Assembly: GCA_964387775.1 (NCBI GenBank)
Contig: CAYLZO010000003.1
Location: 1 to 56,420 of the forward strand
Length of the DNA: 56,420 nt
Direction of reading: 5' to 3'
From: an uncultured Anaerolineaceae bacterium
GTDB taxonomy: Bacteria > Chloroflexota > Anaerolineae > JAAYZQ01
Shown here: positions 19,022-26,669 of the stretch, piece by piece
How the letters are laid out: every line of letters starts with the position of its first letter
Numbering within the stretch: the stretch's first letter is position 1
The notes under the pieces: model-generated
Database searches by the model: none
The model's input: the letters and a program-made list of their open reading frames with translations, nothing else
What the model was told of the DNA's origin: nothing
Position numbers and translations under genes: made by a program

Positions 19022-19076
19022 TGGGGTTGGACGATCGGGCGAACCTGCTGCTCGTCTCGCGGCCAGGGCCGGAAGA

Positions 19077-19418
19077 TCAGCGGCGCTTTTGCTTTTGACT
19101 CGACCTTCTACCCTTGCCGGAAGATGCTCTATCCTTGGGCTTGCTCCGCCGCCAGGGGGTGACAGGTGGCTCGTCTTCTTCTTCCCAGTCGTCCTCCTCC
19201 CAAAAGATTTGGCCAGGCACCGGGAACCCAAGAAGGCGAAAGACGACGAGCAACAGACCGACGCTGATGGCCAGGGCGATGAGGCTCGCCTCAAAGAGGG
19301 AGAGCCCGGGGAAGACTTGGACGGCAACCCAACCGACCCCAACGACGCCTAGTGTCGCGGCGAGGCTGATCGCCAGCGCCAATACGAGGATGAACAGAAT
19401 CGTCGAGATAGTGCGCAT
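19077..19418 (-). CDS. Small membrane protein (3 TM helices, acidic then basic tail)
   Basis: MRTISTILFILVLALAISL... with EEDDWEEEDE then a K/R-rich C-terminus. Last gene of the ABC operon. Confidence 0.45.
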   Translation of the reverse strand: MRTISTILFILVLALAISLAATLGVVGVGWVAVQVFPGLSLFEASLIALAISVGLLLVVFRLLGFPVPGQIFWEEDDWEEEDEPPVTPWRRSKPKDRASSGKGRRSSQKQKRR

Positions 19419-19447
19419 AACGTGCTCCTTTCCAATTGGTGTTCGAC

Positions 19448-20608
19448 TCAGCCCAGTTCCCGGGAAGTGGTGTACATGGCGACGATGTTCTCCAGCGGCG
19501 TGTCGGCCTGGAGGTAGTGAGCCGAGGCGCAAATGTAGCCGCCGCCCCGTCCCAAGACCTCACACCGCGCCCGCACCTCGGCCTGGACCTCCTCCGGCGT
19601 GCCGTGGGGCAGGGTCCGCTGGATGTCCACGGCGCCGTGAAACGACAGCCGGTCGCCGAACTCGGCCTTGATGCGGGCCATGTCCATGCCCGCTGCCCGG
19701 GGCTGGAGCGGATTCAAAACGTCGATGCCCATCTCGTCGGCAAAAGCGCCGATGAGGGGGAACACGGCCCCGCACGAATGGTAAAAGATCTTGACCGGGT
19801 ATTTCGCCGCGCGGATGGCGGCGTTGAGCCGCTGGTGGCGGGGCAAGATGTACTTGCGCCACATGCGCGGCGACAGGAGCAGCCCGCCCTGGATGCCCAC
19901 GTCGTCGTAGGTATAGACCGCGTCCAGCAGCCCGCCGGCGGCCTCGATGACGCGCACCGTGTTTTCGATATAGACGTCGGTGAAGCGGTCCATGATGGCG
20001 CTGGCCAGGTCCGGCTTTTCGACCAGGTCCAGTAAAAAGCGCTCAAAGCCGCGCAGGCCCCACGACCACTCGAAAATGCCGCCCACCTCGTAGCGCAGGT
20101 GGTGGCGCCAGGGGCTGTTGAGCCGCTCGCACTGCGCCCGTACGCCCGAGACGTCCCAGTCGTCGGGGCTGGGCCAATCCCAGTTTAGAACGTCGGCCAC
20201 CGTCTCGGCGTCGGCCAGGGGATGGCGGGCGTACTCGTCGTAGGCGCCGAACTCGTTGGCGATGCGGCGGCGATGGGCGCCCCACTCGTCGACGTAGGTG
20301 CCGTCGGCCAACTCGCGGGCCTTGGTGCCCACGTAGCGGGTCGTCACCATGCGGCAGTCCGCGCCCAGCAGGCGCAGGATTTCTTCATCGTCCGCGTCGA
20401 GAGCAGTGCGGAGCCGATCCCACACCTCGTCCACGGCCCAAAAGTCAAAGGGCACGCGGTCGGATTCCCGGAGGGCGAGGGCCGTCTCGACCCGCTCCCA
20501 GGGTGAGATCGGGCTGGTCTCGGGCCGGCCATAGTGGGCGCGCAAATAGGCCCGGAGTTCAGCCGGGTCCTTGAGGATCGAGGCGAGGGTGCCGGAAAGC
20601 GCGGTCAT
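19448..20608 (-). CDS. Uroporphyrinogen decarboxylase (URO-D/MtaA)-family protein
   Basis: Length and C-terminal half (IFYHSCGAV...GIDVLNPLQP...GGGYICASAHYLQ) match the URO-D fold. The start overlaps the permease stop (ATGA). Confidence 0.6.
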   Translation of the reverse strand: MTALSGTLASILKDPAELRAYLRAHYGRPETSPISPWERVETALALRESDRVPFDFWAVDEVWDRLRTALDADDEEILRLLGADCRMVTTRYVGTKARELADGTYVDEWGAHRRRIANEFGAYDEYARHPLADAETVADVLNWDWPSPDDWDVSGVRAQCERLNSPWRHHLRYEVGGIFEWSWGLRGFERFLLDLVEKPDLASAIMDRFTDVYIENTVRVIEAAGGLLDAVYTYDDVGIQGGLLLSPRMWRKYILPRHQRLNAAIRAAKYPVKIFYHSCGAVFPLIGAFADEMGIDVLNPLQPRAAGMDMARIKAEFGDRLSFHGAVDIQRTLPHGTPEEVQAEVRARCEVLGRGGGYICASAHYLQADTPLENIVAMYTTSRELG

Positions 20609-21876
20609 TGCTTCTCGTAGGGCTTGCCCTCCGCCGCCGGGGCGATGGCCCGCCCCACGACGCCGGCCACGACGACGATGGTCAGGATGTAGGGCGCCAT
20701 TTGCAGGAACTCGGGCGGGATGGGGATTTCGATGAAGGGCAGCACCGGCTTGAGGATCTGCATCTTGACCTGGAGCGCGTCGGCAAAGCCAAAGAGGAGG
20801 GCCGCCAGAAAGCCGCCGGTGGGATTCCAGTTGCCAAAGATCATGGCCGCCAGCGCCACAAAGCCCTGGCCCCGCGTCATATTGTCCTCGAAGGAGCCGA
20901 CGACGCCCAGCGAAAAATAGGCCCCGCCGATGCCGGCCACCAGCCCGCCGAGGATGACGCTCACGTAGCGCATGCGGTTGATGTGCACGCCGACGGTGTC
21001 TGCGGCTCGCGGGTGCTCGCCGCAGGCCCGCATCCGCAAGCCCCAGGGCGTGGCAAAGATGACGTAATTGACGACGACCACCAGGATGAGCATGATGAAC
21101 ACCGTCGGCTGGTTGTCAAAGAGGATGGGGCCGACGATGGGGATGTCGGCCAGGACCGGGATGCTGATGGCGTCAAAGTGGCCGGGCGTGCTCAGGCCGG
21201 CGGGCTCTAGCAGGCGCAGGTTGAAAAAGCGGGTGCCCCCGGCGGCCAAAATGTTGATGACCGTGCCCGAGATGATCTGGTCCACCTTGTACTTGATGGA
21301 CAGCACGGCGTGGAGCGAGGCCATCACGCCGCCGAGCAGGCTGGCCATGAGCAGGCCCATCCACAGGCTGCCAAAGACCCCGGCAAAGGCCACGGCGGCA
21401 AAGGCGGCCGTCAGCATCATGCCCTCGATGGCGATGTTGATGATGCCCGCCCGCTCGCAAAAGATGCCAGCCATGGCCCCCAGGGTCAGCGGGGTGGCGG
21501 CCGTCAGCGTGCTCTGGATCATGCCCGGCAGGTTCAGGCTGGTGCCGCTCGTCATCCAGACCAGGAAGGCGAACGCGGCCAGAAAGGCCACACTCCAGCT
21601 CAGGAAGGAGCGAAGGGAGGCCAGCCCCCGGTAGAAGCGCAGCCCGGCCATAAAGAGGCAGAGGATGCCGATGGTGTAGAGCGTGCCCTGGGACGGCAGG
21701 GAAAAGAGCGTGCCCAGCACCTGGTCGGTAAAGGTCGATTGGTCGCCGGGCTGGACGCTGAACCCGCCCAGCACCACAAAGATGGCGCCCAACAGCAACA
21801 CCAGCCCACTGGTCAGAAGATCCTTGCGGCTGAGGCCCGATCTTGGCCTGTCGATGGTTTGTGCTTGCACTGCCAT
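20605..21876 (-). CDS. BMP-family ABC transporter permease (YufQ/NupQ type) with N-terminal TM extension
   Basis: ERAGIINIAIEGMML core. ATG 21876 after GGAGAG. The track's TTG 21933 would translate the hairpin. Confidence 0.8.
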   Translation of the reverse strand: MAVQAQTIDRPRSGLSRKDLLTSGLVLLLGAIFVVLGGFSVQPGDQSTFTDQVLGTLFSLPSQGTLYTIGILCLFMAGLRFYRGLASLRSFLSWSVAFLAAFAFLVWMTSGTSLNLPGMIQSTLTAATPLTLGAMAGIFCERAGIINIAIEGMMLTAAFAAVAFAGVFGSLWMGLLMASLLGGVMASLHAVLSIKYKVDQIISGTVINILAAGGTRFFNLRLLEPAGLSTPGHFDAISIPVLADIPIVGPILFDNQPTVFIMLILVVVVNYVIFATPWGLRMRACGEHPRAADTVGVHINRMRYVSVILGGLVAGIGGAYFSLGVVGSFEDNMTRGQGFVALAAMIFGNWNPTGGFLAALLFGFADALQVKMQILKPVLPFIEIPIPPEFLQMAPYILTIVVVAGVVGRAIAPAAEGKPYEKQ

Positions 21877-21898
21877 GATTCTCTCCAGCCAGTTCTGG

Positions 21899-21937
21899 GA
21901 TATTGGATATTGGCGAGTATCGCCAATATCCAATACT
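21899..21937. repeat. Intercistronic heptamer hairpin (ggatatt x2; 16-bp perfect stem, 3-nt loop)
   Basis: tattggatattggcga gta tcgccaatatccaata between the two permease genes. Confidence 0.8.
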
Positions 21938-21943
21938 CAGTTC

Positions 21944-23398
21944 CTACGCGCCCCAACCCCGCGAAAAGACCGTGATCTCTTCGAGGCCCTCGCGCCGGGC
22001 CTCGCGGAAGCGGTAGATGGCCCGGATGATGGCCGGCGCGGCGATAAAGACGATGACCAGAGACTGGACGATCTGCACGATCTCGGTCGGGATGCCGGCC
22101 ACCGACTGCATCCGCCCCGCCCCGGCACGCAGGACGCCAAAGAGGATGCTGGCCCCCACGACGCCGGCCGGATGGCTCTTGCCCAGCAGCGCCAGGGCAA
22201 TCGAGTCGAATCCATAGCCGGCCTGGAAGCCGAGGGCGATGTTGTGGGTGATACCGAGGCCCTGGCTGACGCCCGCCAGCCCGGCCAGGCAGCCGCTCAG
22301 GAACATGGCCAGCACGTAATTCTTGGCCACGCTCATGCCGCCGTAGCGGGCCGCGTCGGGGTTGGCGCCCACCGTCCGCAGCTCGAACCCCCACGTCGTC
22401 TTGAACAGGAACCAGCCGGTGAGCACCGCCGCTGCCAGGGCCATCACAAAGCCCCAGTGCAGCGTGACCGGGTGGCCGAGAAAGCGGGGCAGGAAGGCGC
22501 TCCCGGCGATGTCGCGGGTGCGGCAGGTGCCCTGGGTGAACTCTAGCGGCCCGCAGAGCAGCCAGTCGCTGAGGCGAAAGACGACGTAGTTGAGCATGAT
22601 GGTGGTAATGACCTCGTGGGCGCCGGTCCGGGCCTTGAGCACGCCGGCGATGGCCGACCAGAGCCCGGCCGCGGCCGCCCCCACCAGGATGGCCAGGGGC
22701 AGGTGCACGATCGCCGGCAAGCCCGGGATGGAGAAGCCCAGGATCACGGCTGCCAGCCAGCCGACGCCGATCTGGCCCTCGGCGCCGATGTTGAACAGGC
22801 CGGCCCGAAAGCCCAGGGCCACCGCCAGCCCGGCGAAAATGTAGGGCACCGACTGGACCAGGCTGTCGCTGGGGCCGCGCACGGCGTTGAGCACCGGCTG
22901 GAGGCCCTCGCCCCCGAGCCAGCGGCCGATGGCGATCAAGATGCGCGCCGGGTCACTGAGCGAGCCCTGGTAGAGCGCGCCGTAGGCCCGGCCCAGGTTG
23001 CCGAACGCCAGGCCGATGGCCTCCCCGATCCGGCCCTCGCCCAGGGCCTGGTAGACGGCCTGGTCGGTGAACATGATGACCAGGGCGCCGATGAGCAGCG
23101 CCGTGACCACCGACAGGGCAGGCACGAGCAGGCCCCGCAGCCGGGTGCTCAGCCACTCCTTCATCCAGGGCCAGCCGCCCCGCCGCGTGGCAAAGAGGGC
23201 CAGCACACCCAGGCCGAGCAGGAGCGTGATGGGCCACAGGCCCAGCGCCACGAGGAGGAGGAGCACCAGCCACTTGCTGAGCAAGACGACGACGCCCACG
23301 GCGGCGGCCAGCAGGGCCGCCCGGGCCCACAGGGGCAGGGCCGCGAGCCGCCGGCCGAGATTTGTCTGACCCGGTTCTCGATCTCCTTCCCTAGCCAA
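21944..23398 (-). CDS. BMP-family ABC transporter permease (YufP/NupP type) with ~78-aa N-terminal TM extension
   Basis: TTG 23398 preceded by GGAGG. The start overlaps the ATPase stop by 8 nt. Canonical permease core begins at MKEWLSTRL. Confidence 0.75.
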   Translation of the reverse strand: MAREGDREPGQTNLGRRLAALPLWARAALLAAAVGVVVLLSKWLVLLLLVALGLWPITLLLGLGVLALFATRRGGWPWMKEWLSTRLRGLLVPALSVVTALLIGALVIMFTDQAVYQALGEGRIGEAIGLAFGNLGRAYGALYQGSLSDPARILIAIGRWLGGEGLQPVLNAVRGPSDSLVQSVPYIFAGLAVALGFRAGLFNIGAEGQIGVGWLAAVILGFSIPGLPAIVHLPLAILVGAAAAGLWSAIAGVLKARTGAHEVITTIMLNYVVFRLSDWLLCGPLEFTQGTCRTRDIAGSAFLPRFLGHPVTLHWGFVMALAAAVLTGWFLFKTTWGFELRTVGANPDAARYGGMSVAKNYVLAMFLSGCLAGLAGVSQGLGITHNIALGFQAGYGFDSIALALLGKSHPAGVVGASILFGVLRAGAGRMQSVAGIPTEIVQIVQSLVIVFIAAPAIIRAIYRFREARREGLEEITVFSRGWGA

Positions 23399-25262
23399 CG
23401 CTTGCCTCCCCTCTCTCCCGTTCGAGCCGCGAGCCGGCCATGAGCAGGCCCAGCTCCTCGCGGGTCACCTCGTCGGCGTTCACCGTGTCCACGATTTCGC
23501 CTTCGTACATCACCGCGATGCGGTCCGAGATGGCCATGATCTCGTCCAGCTCGACCGAGACGAGGAGCACGGCGACGCCCTCGTCGCGTTGCTGGATGAG
23601 CCGCCGGTGGATGTACTCGATAGAGCCCACGTCCAGGCCGCGCGTCGGCTGGGCGGCGATAAGCAGTTTGATGGGCCGCGAGAACTCGCGCCCGACGATG
23701 ACCTTCTGCTGGTTCCCGCCCGACAGATTCTGGGCCGGAAGGCCGATGCTGGGGGTCCGCACGTCGAATTCCTCTGTCACCCGCTCGGCAAAGTCGTAGA
23801 CCTGCTCGAATTGAAGGGATGGACCGCGAGCAAAGGGGCGCTGATAGTAGTTGCACAGGATATAGTTGTCATAGATGGGGAAGGGAAGCACCAGGCCGTC
23901 GCGCTGCCGGTCCTCGGGGATGTGGGCCACGCCCAACTGGGTGACGGTCCGGGGCGGGGCGTTGGTCACGTCCTGGCCCAGGACGCGGACCGAGCCGGCG
24001 GTGGCCGGGAGGAGGCCGGTCAACACCTCCACCAACTCGGTCTGGCCGTTACCCTGGACGCCGGCCACGCCGAGGACCTCGCCGGCGCGCACGCTGAGGT
24101 CCACGCCGCGCAGCAGGGGTTGGCCGCGGACGTCCTCGGCCGCCAGATCATGCACCTCCAGGACCACGTCGCCGGGCGACGCCGGCCCTTTTTCCACCCT
24201 CAGAGCTACCTCTCGCCCGACCATCATCTCGGCCAGGTCCTCCTCCGACGATTCGGCCGGCGTGGTCTGGCCCGTCACCCGCCCGTCGCGCAACACGATG
24301 ACCCGGTCGGCGATGGTCATCACCTCTTTGAGCTTGTGGGTGATGAAAATGATCGATTTGCCCTGATCCGTCAACGAGCGCATGATCTGGAAGAGTTCTT
24401 CTGTCTCCTGGGGCGTCAAAACGGCCGTCGGCTCGTCGAGGATGAGGATCTCGGCCTCGCGATACAAGGTCTTGATGATCTCGACGCGCTGCTGCACGCC
24501 CACCGGCAGGTCCTCGATGAGGGCTTCCGGGTCGACGGCCAGGCCGTATTGTGAGGACAGGGCCCGGATGCGCCGCGCCGCCGTGCGCCGGTCCAGCGCC
24601 GTGGTCAGCACCTGGAGCGCGGGATAGGAGAGGGCGGCGAAAAAGAGGGCCAGGACGACGAGGAGCGGGATCTGGCTGGCGCTGCCCAGGAGCAGGGCCA
24701 GGGCGACGAAGGACGCCCCGCCGGCCAGGGCGGTGACGGGGAAGTAGATGCGCAGCCCCTGGCGGCTCAGGAGGCCCAGCAGCATGACCACGCCGTAGAT
24801 GGCCGCCGTCGCTGCTGCCCCGGCCAGGGCGGCCAGGAGCCACTGGCCGGCGTTGTCCAGGGCAAAGATGCCGCCCACGAAAAAGAAGAGGGCCGCCAGG
24901 CCGCCGGTCCAGCCCAGCGTCTGCCAGGAGAAGGAAAAGCGGGTCGGCTCGGTACCCATCACGATGTTTTCGGCCACGGTAAAGACCGGGACGAGCTGAA
25001 AGTGCTGGTGGACCATGCCGATGCCCAGCTCGATGGCGTCGTTGGGATCGGTGATTTCCACCGGCTGGCCCCAGACCTCGATCTCGCCCTCGTCCTGGGC
25101 ATAGAGGCCGTAGAGGATGTTCATCAAGGTGCTCTTGCCCGCGCCATTTTCGCCCAAGAAGGCGAGGATCTCGCCCTGGTTCAGCGCAAAGCTCACCTGG
25201 TCGTTGGCCAGCACCCCCGGAAAGCGTTTGGTGACGTTGCGTGCTTCTAGGATCGGAGCCAT
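23391..25262 (-). CDS. BMP-family ABC transporter ATP-binding protein (tandem NBDs) with hydrophobic insertion in NBD1
   Basis: Walker A GENGAGKST, Q-loop VHQHFQL, signature VGVQQRVEI, Walker B ILILDEPT. Second NBD has LSGGNQQK. About 115 extra hydrophobic residues lie between the Q-loop and the signature motif. Confidence 0.85.
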   Translation of the reverse strand: MAPILEARNVTKRFPGVLANDQVSFALNQGEILAFLGENGAGKSTLMNILYGLYAQDEGEIEVWGQPVEITDPNDAIELGIGMVHQHFQLVPVFTVAENIVMGTEPTRFSFSWQTLGWTGGLAALFFFVGGIFALDNAGQWLLAALAGAAATAAIYGVVMLLGLLSRQGLRIYFPVTALAGGASFVALALLLGSASQIPLLVVLALFFAALSYPALQVLTTALDRRTAARRIRALSSQYGLAVDPEALIEDLPVGVQQRVEIIKTLYREAEILILDEPTAVLTPQETEELFQIMRSLTDQGKSIIFITHKLKEVMTIADRVIVLRDGRVTGQTTPAESSEEDLAEMMVGREVALRVEKGPASPGDVVLEVHDLAAEDVRGQPLLRGVDLSVRAGEVLGVAGVQGNGQTELVEVLTGLLPATAGSVRVLGQDVTNAPPRTVTQLGVAHIPEDRQRDGLVLPFPIYDNYILCNYYQRPFARGPSLQFEQVYDFAERVTEEFDVRTPSIGLPAQNLSGGNQQKVIVGREFSRPIKLLIAAQPTRGLDVGSIEYIHRRLIQQRDEGVAVLLVSVELDEIMAISDRIAVMYEGEIVDTVNADEVTREELGLLMAGSRLERERGEASVG

Positions 25263-25288
25263 CGCCGCTCCCTCTTGTTAACAACGGA

Positions 25289-25368
25289 TTTGCAGAATGA
25301 ACGGATTAAGCGAGACAGTGCCAACGCCTAACCTCTCGGCCAAATACGATCCGTCAATTCTGCAAATT
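25289..25368. repeat. 19-nt inverted repeat (2 mismatches) in the SBP-ATPase intercistronic gap
   Basis: atttgcagaatgaacggat ... atccgtcaattctgcaaat. Confidence 0.7.
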
Positions 25369-25384
25369 CACTGTTCTCACAAGG

Positions 25385-25416
25385 GGCGGTGCCGAGCAGA
25401 CACTCGGCACCGCCCA
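25385..25416 (-). terminator. GC-rich 13-bp hairpin after the SBP gene (partial terminator or processing site)
   Basis: gggcggtgccgag cagaca ctcggcaccgccc. No U-tract follows on the minus strand. Confidence 0.45.
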
Positions 25417-25440
25417 CAAGGTCAAGCTAGTTGTGGCTGG

Positions 25441-26481
25441 CTAGCTGCCCCAGCCCGTGTCGATGGTTCCGTCCTTGATCCCCTGGATGATCTCCTCGAC
25501 CTCTTGTTTCAGAGCCGGCGGGATCTCGTCCTCGTAGTCGTGGTAGGGGGCCAGGCCCACGCCATTGTTCTCCAGGGTGCCGACGTACACGCCACCGCCG
25601 GGGAAGTTGTCGTTGACCGCGGACTCGACCACGGAATAGACGGCGTTGTCCAGGCGCTTCATGCACGAGGTGATGAGGATGTCCTTCTCGTTGGGCAGCG
25701 TGTAGTACTGGTCCACGTCCACGCCGATGCCCCACTTGCCCCGCTCCTTGGCCGCGGTCAGGCCGCCGTTGCCGGTCTTGCCGCCCACGCCAAAGATGAC
25801 GTCCACGCCCTCGTCGATCAGCGAGTTGCCCTGGATCTTGCCCTGGTCCGGGGCCTCAAAGTCGCCGACATAGACGCCCTTGACCTGGACGTCGGTGCCG
25901 TTCTGCTGGTTGTAGTAGGCCACACCGGCCTCGTAGGCGACGATGAACTGCTCCACCGGCGGGATCTGCATGCCGGCCACGTAGCCCACCTGCGGATCGG
26001 CGGCGTCCTTCAGATTCGCCCAGCCGGCGGCCAGGTAGCCGATGGGGAAGGTCGCTTCGTCCACGTTAAAGACGATGCCGGCCACGTTCGGGATGGGCGG
26101 GTCGTAGGCAAAGTCGATGATGGCAAAGTTGACGTCCGGGTACTGCTCGGCCATCTTTTGGGTAGCGTCGCCCAGCAAAAAGCCGACGGTGATGATCAGG
26201 TCGTATTCCTGCTCGGCAAACTCGGTGATGTTTTTCTCATAGTCGGCCTGGGCCTGGCTCTCGATGAACTGGGCGCAGACGGGCAATTCCTCGTCGGCCT
26301 TTTGCAGCCCTTCCCAGGTGTTCTCGTTAAAGCTGGCGTCGTCCAGACCGCCGACGTCCGAGACCATACCGGCCTTCAGGTCACCACTCTCGCAGCCTTC
26401 GGGCAGCGCGGGGCCGCAGCCCACCACGACCAGCGACAGCACGAGTAGCGCCACCAACGTAGCAAAGATCCACTTTCTCAT
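25441..26481 (-). CDS. BMP-family (PnrA/Med/TmpC-like) ABC substrate-binding lipoprotein
   Basis: Lipobox VVGC. BMP-type motifs (GMVSDVGGLDDASFN, ITVGF, GVGGKTGNG). Confidence 0.85.
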   Translation of the reverse strand: MRKWIFATLVALLVLSLVVVGCGPALPEGCESGDLKAGMVSDVGGLDDASFNENTWEGLQKADEELPVCAQFIESQAQADYEKNITEFAEQEYDLIITVGFLLGDATQKMAEQYPDVNFAIIDFAYDPPIPNVAGIVFNVDEATFPIGYLAAGWANLKDAADPQVGYVAGMQIPPVEQFIVAYEAGVAYYNQQNGTDVQVKGVYVGDFEAPDQGKIQGNSLIDEGVDVIFGVGGKTGNGGLTAAKERGKWGIGVDVDQYYTLPNEKDILITSCMKRLDNAVYSVVESAVNDNFPGGGVYVGTLENNGVGLAPYHDYEDEIPPALKQEVEEIIQGIKDGTIDTGWGS

Positions 26482-26615
26482 TTGTTCCCCTCCTTTGGGT
26501 TGGTTTTACGACTTTTGCAAACGCGAATTTCCGACAGAACCCTGTTCGATTGTTTGGCCGACGGCTCACCTCCTTCGCTCCCTTGTGAACAGATGAACGC
26601 TAGGCACCGGCGGCT

Positions 26616-26644
26616 ATTATACCCGATTTGGTCAAGATAGGCAA
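26616..26644 (-). promoter_or_regulatory. Operon promoter (TTGCCT-17-TATAAT)
   Basis: Read on the minus strand. About 125-nt leader to ATG 26481. Confidence 0.55.
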
Positions 26645-26669
26645 GGGCTTTGCCAGCCTGTGCCGGGGA

